Assembly (NCBI GenBank): GCA_004764695.1
Contig: SMSO01000037.1
Coordinates: 4,564,747-4,628,746, forward strand
Direction: 5' to 3'
Length of the DNA stretch: 64,000 nt
Origin: Schizochytrium sp. TIO01
Taxonomy: Eukaryota; Protista; Bigyra: Labyrinthulomycetes
In this document: in pieces, positions 1-8,229 of the stretch
Layout of the letters: each line of letters opens with the position of its first letter
How positions within the stretch are numbered: the first letter of the stretch is position 1
Program-made: the position numbers and the translations under genes
Notes under the pieces: model-generated
The model's database searches: none
Seen by the model: the letters and a program-made list of their open reading frames with translations, nothing else
Told to the model about the DNA's origin: nothing

Positions 1-255
1 CTGGCTTGCCAAATGACATTACATAGCGTGGCTAGAGAGGCAGGTAGAAAGGTAGATAGGAGAGAAGGAGGGGAAAAGTTTGGGGCTTTTCCGTGCAGTC
101 AATTTCTTTCTCTTTTCTTTTCTTTTCTTCTTTTCTTCTTTTTTTCTTTTCTTTTCTTTTGCTTGTTTTTAAAATGCCCTGAAGCATATCCATTTCAAGG
201 GTAATTAGTATCTACAGACAAGGAGAAGGAATAAAGTTGAACAGAGAGAGAATAG

Positions 256-402
256 AGGAAGAAAAGAAAAGAAAAATAAAGAAAAGAAAAATAAAGAAAA
301 AAGAAAAATAAAGAAAAGAAAAATAAAGAAAAGAAAAATAAAGAAAAGAAAAATAAAGAAAAGAAAAAAAGAAAAGGGAAAGATAAAGAAAAAAGAAAAA
401 TA
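256..402. repeat. Purine-rich tract with a ~15-bp tandem unit (GAAAAGAAAAATAAA) upstream of the first gene
   Basis: About six near-perfect copies visible at ~266-370, within an almost pure A/G tract. Confidence 0.85.
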
Positions 403-557
403 ACAATCAGCAAACCCGCATTGAGCGGAACGTAGGACAAGCGAGAATAGAGAAAAGAAAAGGCAAGGAGAAAAACAAGACGAGGAAAGCAAAAGCCCAG
501 CGAGAGCAAATCCCAAACTTAGATCAAGATCACAGCTCAAAAAAGCGCAAATCAATC

Positions 558-1901
558 ATGACAGCCGCTGGAGCTGGCGCAGCCATGCCCATGGCCATGG
601 AGATGCCGAATGCAGGCATGAAGGCGTGGTTCGAGGACGCCAACTTTGAGGAGCGCTACCAGCGCAACAACAAGCGCGGTGGCCTTAAGAACCTCCGCTG
701 CTTTCCAACTTGCTCTGTGCAGCACAAAGAACGTGGGTTCTGCGGTCGATCCGTTGTGGTCAACGTGCAGGGCGAGCTCTTGCGCAACTCTGAGGACAGC
801 GAGATTGTGGCCATCGCAGAATTCGTACCTGCAGACCTCGCAGTACCGACCTTCAAGCCCGGTAACAGCTACGAAGAAGACGACATCGAAAAACGCGTAC
901 GGACGAGCGACTCTCCCTTAAAACCGCTGATGCGAGCAGTCATGGTCCGTAAAGACGCTGAGGACGCCAAACAGGTTTTTGAATTCAATAGACGCCGCAA
1001 GGGATGGCACTACGGATGGGCTGCCAACAAGCACTCGTGCAACACCCTGCACTGCCTTCGCGTATACATTTTGAGCCGTCAAGCTGACGGAAAACTGATG
1101 TGCCTCTCTACATTTGCCTCTAGCGCCTTCGTTCTCTACTGCCGCCGCAGGCGCCGGTTCGTCAAGGAGATCCCAGGGTCCGCACAAGCAGTGTTGTCCT
1201 CCTCGGCCGCAGCTGCTGCTGAGAGGAAGAAGAACCGCAAGAGAGCTCTCCAGGAAATTGACTCCTCTTCCGACGACCAAGACCTCAGCGACTCTGCCAG
1301 CGAGGCCACGAGATCGCCAAAGGTCGCACGGACCACAAGCGATAGTGAAAGCGAAGCCACAGTTGTCCTTGGAGGCCGCACAACCCCGATTCGATCTTGC
1401 TGCGAAACGCCTACCGGAAGCACCAAGGCCAACTGGAGTTTCCAGCTCGAGGCCCCGGATACCCCTTCATCTACTACTTCAAGCATCTCGAGCACATCGA
1501 GCACATCGACCCAGCAACAACCTTCGCCCCTCGACCTTGCACATTTCTTGGTCAGCCTTTCAAAATCCAAGAATGCTTCTCAAAATGCAAAGTCTCTGCT
1601 GCCTCAGGTGCAGCAACAGGTGCTGCACAAGGTCGAGCCGCTTCCGATGCCGCTCGCCTCGCTTCGCCTCCCACCGTTGAGCTCTTTCGACGTGTTTAAG
1701 CGTGAGCTCAGTTCCACTTCAAACTTTATGTTTTCTCCGTCTCAGGCATCTGCCTCTGTCATGGCTGGCGCCGATACAAGTGCCAATGTCAAGCCTGCAT
1801 TTGACACCACGCACCGCCGCTTGTCTGCTTTTGACGATATTTTGCAACGGTCTCTCGGCATGTCGAGTGCTCTTGTTGCCCAACTTGCGAAATCCGTCTA
1901 A
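558..1901 (+). CDS. 447-aa uncharacterised protein, probable nuclear DNA-binding/transcription factor with a Cys/His-containing N-terminal domain and a disordered S/T/P/Q-rich tail
   Basis: Long uninterrupted ORF with ATG in AATCAATC-ATG context and strong bias to G/C-ending codons. Residues ~22-200 look globular (YQRNNKRGGLKNLRCFPTC-x3-H-x5-C, GWHYGW, SSAFVLYCRRRRR). Basic NLS-like runs (RRRRR, RKKNRKR) are followed by a low-complexity region. The CDS is well supported; the function is inference. Confidence 0.9.
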   Translation: MTAAGAGAAMPMAMEMPNAGMKAWFEDANFEERYQRNNKRGGLKNLRCFPTCSVQHKERGFCGRSVVVNVQGELLRNSEDSEIVAIAEFVPADLAVPTFKPGNSYEEDDIEKRVRTSDSPLKPLMRAVMVRKDAEDAKQVFEFNRRRKGWHYGWAANKHSCNTLHCLRVYILSRQADGKLMCLSTFASSAFVLYCRRRRRFVKEIPGSAQAVLSSSAAAAAERKKNRKRALQEIDSSSDDQDLSDSASEATRSPKVARTTSDSESEATVVLGGRTTPIRSCCETPTGSTKANWSFQLEAPDTPSSTTSSISSTSSTSTQQQPSPLDLAHFLVSLSKSKNASQNAKSLLPQVQQQVLHKVEPLPMPLASLRLPPLSSFDVFKRELSSTSNFMFSPSQASASVMAGADTSANVKPAFDTTHRRLSAFDDILQRSLGMSSALVAQLAKSV

Positions 1902-2854
1902 GGTGCTACAGACCAACCAACCGTCTGTCCCTGTTGTAACTCCCTTTTTCCTAGCCGAGCCCGCCTGCTGATCTTGTGTGAATGACCATTTGGCTTCTCC
2001 TTGAGTCCACATGCTTTGTGATGTGGATAAATGGGAGGAAAATGAATATATGACGCTGTTGATGATGATGATGATGGTAACTTTTTTGTGACAACAGCGG
2101 GCTCTGATCTGGCTGGAGCACGTACTCTCTGCGTGCTTCCCCTAACATTTCATGCTCTACTACTACTACTACTACTACCTGTGTTTTACTTTTCTTACAT
2201 ACCCTACCTTTTTTTTACAAACGATACGAATAACATACTATACATACATTTGCTCCTGATCTGCCCTGATAGATAAAGACGATTCCTGTTCCTTGAACTC
2301 CTCCTCCTCTTCCTTGTGCTTTATATTTTTGATGCACTCCTCATGTATATATGACAACTCAACCAAGGCTTAGACCTATAGGTATTTCTGCAACATTTCT
2401 TTGCTGTAGATTAGAGCGCCTCCCAAGGTAACAATAATAGTAAATTTCTATCCTAAATGCTTCTAGGTATATAACTGCATCTGAAACTTGCTAGGAGGTG
2501 AAGTTGATTTTCACTAAAAAGAAAACTTTAATCCGCATCGTTTATGTCAGAGTGGTTTTAGAGTTGCTAAGCCATCCTATCTAGGCACGGGAGAAGGTAT
2601 ATAGATAGGTATGTGGTCAAGTTCAAGGTATTGAGTGATTGTTTTGGCTTGAATTTTTACCCAGGCTATAAGATCAGAACTTGTTACCTCTGACTAGCCA
2701 GAGTGTCCGAGTTTGAAAGAGTATCACCGTGATTCATAACGAGTGATGGGCAGTCTAGTCGATGAGGACACTCACTATCCAACTTTACCCATCTTCTAAG
2801 TTATTAATCCTGCACTGTGGCAATCTTTTTACACTGCATAACTAGAAAATTTAG

Positions 2855-2981
2855 TTCCGTCAGTTCTGGTGCGTTCTGTAATGATTAAGGAACCTGCTGT
2901 TGCCAAACCTGAGTTATTCCGTCAGTTCTGGCTAGTTCTATAATCCTTTATGAAACTATTGTTGCCAAACCTGAGTTATTC
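2855..2981. repeat. Diverged 62-bp tandem duplication (2 copies)
   Basis: TTCCGTCAGTTCTGG at 2855 and 2917; TGTTGCCAAACCTGAGTTATTC at 2898 and 2960 (offset 62). Confidence 0.9.
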
Positions 2982-3804
2982 AAGTACTTTAGCAAACTGA
3001 AGTACTCTTGCTTTTAGGCCTGAATTATTATGAATACAACCACAAAGTACCATCAAATGAGCAAAATTAACCAACGTCAAATGCAGAGAGGGTTAGCAGA
3101 TCACAGCTATAGCATTGGCGAGTGAAACATCTTGCCTCTTTTAACGACTCATCCATTAATTTCATTGATAGAATTGAACACAGTGAACCTGAAGCATAGC
3201 AGTATCGATCGTAGGATTATTTATTCTTTATGTTACAGTTTTTTAAAGCAATGCAAAGAGTCCACATGTTCGAAAGCAAAAGGTATCCAATAACAATAAA
3301 AAGAAATATTTTTAAATTACCTACCCAGTACTAGAGCCACCGCTCCCAGTTTTTTCATTAGCCATTTAGCCGTTTTCTCCCCACCACAACCATATCCATC
3401 TCCACAAGCAGCAACTGATATGCGTGAGGAGAAAGGGATCTAGTAAGTCCTCAGGTCTTAATGTTTCGGACATCGGCACCTTTTGGATTGGAAAGCACTT
3501 CGGGAGATAGTGTGCAGTAACTTCGAAAAGAAAAGGGATAATCTCGTCAATTCAAGAGGCTTGTCGTACTTTTGAGAGATGCAAACCCTTTGGGGCGCAC
3601 TTTAGCTGCAGCTAGCTGCCAAACATACGACTGTTATCAATGATTCAATACAGAGGCTCCACCCTGCCGACACCAAGTCTCAAGAATCATAATCATCTTA
3701 GCACCAACATTGACACCAAGTTTCACGAAATGGGCTTCGAAGTCAAAGTCGAAAGAAGAACTCAGAGTCAAACCCAGAATCTAACCCGAAGCAATAGGCA
3801 CAAC

Positions 3805-4527
3805 TCATGCAGTGGTGGCGGTCTGCGGTCCTGCGGCGGATGATCGGATATCGCGCATCTGTTGGAGCGTAAGCTGGCCAGGCGCCGTAGCGGTCTCCGG
3901 GGACAAGGCCACGAAAGTGAAGGGAGAGCCGAGGTCGAGAGCGGCAATCCGCGTGACCTTTCCAGCGGCACCCATGCCGAGAGCCACAACGGGACTCTCA
4001 GAGTCATAAAGAGCAAGCACGCGAGCGGCGTCGCGAGAGTTGCGGCAGAGTACGGCAACCTTGGCAATGTCGGCGCCCTTTGCGCGGCAGTCCGCAAGGA
4101 TCTCATGAAGGCCTTCTGTAGAAGGAGTTTCCTCGTAGTTGTGGTAAGAGATTACCACAGTCACACCGTTTTCGCGGGCAGCAGCCAAGAGCGCTTCGCG
4201 GTATTCGCTAGGAGCCTCAACCTCGATGTCGATCATGGATTCAAACTTGGCGTCGTGAGACTTAGCGCCCTCAGCCATGGAGCGCATAAGTGCAACGAGA
4301 AGGTCGCGACGCTCGTCAGAGAAGCCTGCCGAGGCCAGGTCGCGGCAGGTAAGCACCTTAGGTACAGGCCGAGCGCAGAGAGAGGCGAGGCCGGCGTCGT
4401 CGACGGCGCCGGCGCCACGGGAGCTGATGAGATCTGCGCGGATCTCAACCATCTCACCGGAGGCAAGGCCCGAAAGAACGGCCTCGCAGGACTCCATCGT
4501 CCGCGCGGAAAGGCTCACGCACAACAT
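3805..4527 (-). CDS. aroD: Type I 3-dehydroquinate dehydratase, stand-alone (240 aa from the ATG at 4527)
   Basis: Type I DHQase motifs in order: MLCVSL, VEIRAD, LTCR, IDIE, VISYHNYEETP (catalytic His), GADIAKVA (Schiff-base Lys), ALGMGAAGKVTR, FTF, TAPGQL. The ORF-track start at 4557 is TTG; the first ATG (4527) gives the typical family N-terminus. Confidence 0.95.
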   Translation of the reverse strand: MLCVSLSARTMESCEAVLSGLASGEMVEIRADLISSRGAGAVDDAGLASLCARPVPKVLTCRDLASAGFSDERRDLLVALMRSMAEGAKSHDAKFESMIDIEVEAPSEYREALLAAARENGVTVVISYHNYEETPSTEGLHEILADCRAKGADIAKVAVLCRNSRDAARVLALYDSESPVVALGMGAAGKVTRIAALDLGSPFTFVALSPETATAPGQLTLQQMRDIRSSAAGPQTATTA

Positions 4528-5263
4528 GGTCTCTCGGGGAAAGGCGCCGGGGCTCAAGATCTAGCACACGCGTAGGTCGCTTGCAATAGTGATTGAACAC
4601 GCAAAGGAAAGAAAGAGTGGAGAACAGTGCCTTCCCATTACTACACATACACAACTACATACTGTATTTAGTATTGTGATAGGAGAGAGAGAAAAGCAGC
4701 AGTAGCAGAAGCGTATGTAGTACACAGGGCCAACATATCAGACCACCATCAATCAATCGACAATTTGGCGAAATGCAATGACAGAGCGAATGAGATCCCT
4801 CAGCTTCGGAGAACTGCAATCACAGCAAAGTATGATGTGGAGAGAATAAGCAAAGGAGTGATTGTAAAATGAATTGCGAACGCAGCGAGCGGGGATACGC
4901 GAGATATCTTAAGCTTGAAGTTTCAAAAGCCTCCGGTAGATAGATGTACGAGCTGGCAGAGCAGAAGAACCGAACCACACCAAGAGAGAGATTGAACTCC
5001 GCGAAACTCTCGATTGAAATCCCAAGCGTCAGTCAGATTTCGCAAGTCTGATCTTGAGCTGGTGGCTTTACATGATTGAATGATTGACTGATTGGTTGGT
5101 TGCAGGATTCTAAGTTGGATTTGAAGTTTTATCTCAAATTGAATTTGAATTTTGAATTTTGAATTTTGAATTTTAAAACTCAGGACCTGAATTTGAAATT
5201 GAATCGTCAATGATTGAGTGAGTATCTGACTTTGGGTCTGCAACGAAGCGCAGCAGAGAGGCA
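4528..5263. promoter_or_regulatory. Divergent (head-to-head) intergenic region between aroD and the NCA2 locus, likely a bidirectional promoter; contains a (TTTTGAA)n tract at ~5140-5175
   Basis: Gene orientation only; no specific promoter elements identified. Confidence 0.45.
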
Positions 5264-5731
5264 ATGGATCACCACGGTGTCGCGAGCCCGTCACTAGGGC
5301 CGCTGCCCAGGCGCAGGGGAGGCCCTCTGGAGCGTAGGAGACGAAGAAGGCAGCGACGTGGAGGCCATGGAGACCATCTAGGCCCCGACGGTGACCACGG
5401 AGACCACGAGGCCTCCATGATGATGGCCATGGCTCAGAGCAGCGAAGACGAAGGCACAGACAGCGAAGACGGTGAGACTGGCAGTGACTCTAGAGCTCGA
5501 GGAAGAGCTCTTCAGGAAGTCGAAACCGAGAAAACCCATGCGGAAAGGCCTGCCGACGCCATGACAGCCATGACAGCCATGAAGTCCATGATGGGCGACA
5601 TGTCAGCGCTGGAGCTCCCGCAAAGTGCAACAGAGGCCAGGAGACTCGCGCAAAGTTGCAGAGCACTTGCCGAAGAACCTTTCAAGGACTACTTCTGCAA
5701 GTCGCAGGGTGAATATCGCTCCCGAAACTAG
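5264..5731 (+). CDS. 155-aa low-complexity ORF overlapping the start of the NCA2 frame in a different frame; possible first exon, frameshifted N-terminus or uORF
   Basis: ATG in good context (GCAATGG), GC-rich coding-like codons, Arg-rich then acidic composition. It overlaps the 5625-7871 frame by 107 nt. Confidence 0.4.
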   Translation: MDHHGVASPSLGPLPRRRGGPLERRRRRRQRRGGHGDHLGPDGDHGDHEASMMMAMAQSSEDEGTDSEDGETGSDSRARGRALQEVETEKTHAERPADAMTAMTAMKSMMGDMSALELPQSATEARRLAQSCRALAEEPFKDYFCKSQGEYRSRN

Positions 5732-7871
5732 ACTAGCGGTGCCTGAAGGGTACGGCGCCCGAAGAACTGGCGAAAACCTCATCGATGACGGCTCCACAAG
5801 CCTGCTTGAGCCTAACAGCAGCCGGCAAAACAACTGGAAAACTTGTAGCACTGAGAACATACGGGAGAGACAGGCTCAGTACGATCGCCAGAACAGCAGC
5901 TACAGCATGAAAAGCCTGAATCAAGAGAAGGATGATAAGGTGGACAACAATTACTTGGGCATCAACCAGAACATTCAGCGCATGAGCAGCAGCAGCACGA
6001 GTAGCAATAATATCAGTACCGGTATAAATAGCCAAACCTACGCCAAAACCAGCCCCGTATGGAGCGAGGCCACCAGCCCGTCAAAGGCGAGGCTCATGGT
6101 TCGTGGCGCATCGAGCTTCAATGTGTTTGGAGCGAGTCTTGGAGAGCTGACTGTAGGAACAAATGCGGCGGATTCGCAAATGCGCTCAGTGTTTGGAATT
6201 GATCATATTCAAAGTGAAGCTGCGATGCTACAAGGCGAAAATGAACAACGTGTAGTCTTTGCACTCCTAGACGCTATGGACGTACTGGATGCTCGCTGGG
6301 CCAGCGCTAGTCTTGCCGACGTACGCTACGTATGCGAGGAGCTACTGCCCATTTGTTCCACATTAGAAAACCCTCCACCCTGTGTAGTGCACTTAGAAGC
6401 CTATGTATCTGCAAGAATTGTCCTGGAGCTCGTCAATTTTGTGGTTGAAGGTTTGCTCAAGCAGCTCGAGGCCCTCGCAGACCATCTGGCCTTCTGGTAT
6501 GATCTCGAGGACAGCCCGCTGCGACTCCAGGTTGTCTTGATGTGGCAACAGCCCAAAACATGGCGTGGTCTCACAAAGACCATTCAGTTCCTCGACGACC
6601 TTTCTGTGGTGCAACTCGGCCAACTTGGACGCCTCAAGGAGCTTGCTCTTCAGTTCGAAGATGTGCGCTCCAGAGCCGGGGTTGACCGCCTCATCGATGC
6701 ATGCATTGGAGAAATAACTAGTACCTTAGCTCTACCCTCTATGCACACTGCCACAGCCACTTCTAGCAGCACCACTAGCTTTGCCACCACAAGTAGCAAC
6801 GTGATTGGTACTACGTTCCACACAGGGCCGGGCGCGGTGGCCCGCTTCTGGCCCGAATTCAGTAAGGCATTTGCATCTCTACAGGACGTTTTCCGCCGGC
6901 AGATTGAAGGAGCGGAGCAAGCACCGAGGCATGTAAAATACTGGCCGGAGGCTCTAGGGCTCGCTATCCTTGCTTTTGGTGCCGGCGCATATTGTATCGT
7001 GCGATGGGACCAAACTGTCGAGAATGCGCGTCGTGTGGCGGATTCTATGCGGGAGTTTTTTGTGGAGCATGTTGTGAAACCCACTGCTACACTTGTGGAC
7101 GAACTTCTCTTTGATCGCATGCTCCAGGTTGCCGACGCTGAAGCAATGAACGACGCTAAACAAAGTCTTGGACGTATGTTAGAAGACTACGTGCGAGATA
7201 CCTCACCCAACCTCATTGAAGCTGAACGCATCCGCATTATTCGTGACCTTGATGTTTCAATCCTCAGCCGACGTTATGAAACAGAGCTGAAGAAGCCATT
7301 TGCAAGTCTTGTGTCAGGCGATCTCGTGCGCATGCTTTTGATTCAGATGCAACATCTGAAAAAGGAACTGCTCGGTATTATGGCAACCCTTGATGAGCTT
7401 ATGCGCGAAAACCAGTTTAACCTCCAGGTTCTCGCACTCTTACCTAGTCTTATTCTTGCTGCCTCTGTGCAGCAAGTTGGCGTCCAAGTCCTACGCGCAT
7501 TACGTGGCACAAAACAGTCCCGTCGATTTATTTATGCCTCTGTGCGAGAGCGTCTTCGAGATGTTGAACAGACACTCAATCTCCACCTTGAGGATCACTG
7601 CACATTACGAGATGCAGCGCTAGGTCGACTTGTCTTGCAAGTACACCTTCTTGAAAATCTCCTGTTTTCTAATCAAAGCGTCTTTGACCGTCACGAACGC
7701 AAGCGCCTCGCTGAAGATGTTTCGGAACTCCTTTCTGACCAATTGTCTATTGCACAAAAAATTAATACCATTCACAGGATGCACAGATCCTATGAATTTC
7801 TGGCTGCATCCGCACTATCTACAGTATCTCCATTCTCTCTTCAGGCAAAGCTTGCACGATTTCTCCTTTGA
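5625..7871 (+). CDS. NCA2: NCA2 (nuclear control of ATPase 2)/plant DGS1-like mitochondrial membrane protein; true start uncertain (frame opens at a GTG at 5625, first in-frame ATG at 5907)
   Basis: The C-terminal half carries the NCA2-family pattern: KYWP plus a TM helix, FFVEHVVKP, SLGRMLEDY, DVSILSRRYETELKKP, GDLVRMLLIQMQHLK, LDELMRENQFNLQVLALLP plus a second hydrophobic segment. 748-codon open frame. Confidence 0.88.
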   Translation: MQQRPGDSRKVAEHLPKNLSRTTSASRRVNIAPETRLAVPEGYGARRTGENLIDDGSTSLLEPNSSRQNNWKTCSTENIRERQAQYDRQNSSYSMKSLNQEKDDKVDNNYLGINQNIQRMSSSSTSSNNISTGINSQTYAKTSPVWSEATSPSKARLMVRGASSFNVFGASLGELTVGTNAADSQMRSVFGIDHIQSEAAMLQGENEQRVVFALLDAMDVLDARWASASLADVRYVCEELLPICSTLENPPPCVVHLEAYVSARIVLELVNFVVEGLLKQLEALADHLAFWYDLEDSPLRLQVVLMWQQPKTWRGLTKTIQFLDDLSVVQLGQLGRLKELALQFEDVRSRAGVDRLIDACIGEITSTLALPSMHTATATSSSTTSFATTSSNVIGTTFHTGPGAVARFWPEFSKAFASLQDVFRRQIEGAEQAPRHVKYWPEALGLAILAFGAGAYCIVRWDQTVENARRVADSMREFFVEHVVKPTATLVDELLFDRMLQVADAEAMNDAKQSLGRMLEDYVRDTSPNLIEAERIRIIRDLDVSILSRRYETELKKPFASLVSGDLVRMLLIQMQHLKKELLGIMATLDELMRENQFNLQVLALLPSLILAASVQQVGVQVLRALRGTKQSRRFIYASVRERLRDVEQTLNLHLEDHCTLRDAALGRLVLQVHLLENLLFSNQSVFDRHERKRLAEDVSELLSDQLSIAQKINTIHRMHRSYEFLAASALSTVSPFSLQAKLARFLL

Positions 7872-8229
7872 TCTGAACTTGAGCATTTGGACCTTTTGAG
7901 CAGTCACCTTATAGGAACACAGAGCAACAGCATAGCGTATATATAATCAGTCTTTACAGTAAAATAGAGTAATCTAACGACTCAAGCTCAAAAGCTTGCA
8001 TGGTCTGAATTATATTCGTTTACACTAGTCTCACAAATTTTAGGCTGCTACTTTTCTTAAATCATGTTCATTAGAGAAGGATGATGCTAACTAGCTTTCC
8101 CATGCTCAGCTGCCTCATTCTGAATAGAAGAGTTCTTGTGAAAAGTCTTAGAAACCAGCTTACATCTTACGATTGAAACAAAGAAAACGCATGGTTTTTT
8201 CTTTTGTCTCCAATTGTTTTGTCGATGCA

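Noticed and set aside
13-555. Phe/Leu/Ser-rich ORFs on both strands upstream of the first gene
   Set aside because: They are translations of the T/C-rich and A/G-rich simple-sequence tracts.
646-2012. Multiple alternative-frame and antisense ORFs over the 558-1901 gene
   Set aside because: Shadow ORFs of a GC-rich coding region with no independent motifs.
2855-2981. CRISPR-like repeat-spacer appearance (conserved block with 28-nt variable segments)
   Set aside because: Only two units, the variable segments resemble each other, the context is eukaryotic and there are no cas genes.
3862-4575. 237-aa plus-strand ORF antisense to aroD
   Set aside because: Codon-aligned antisense shadow of a high-GC3 gene; all family motifs are on the minus strand.
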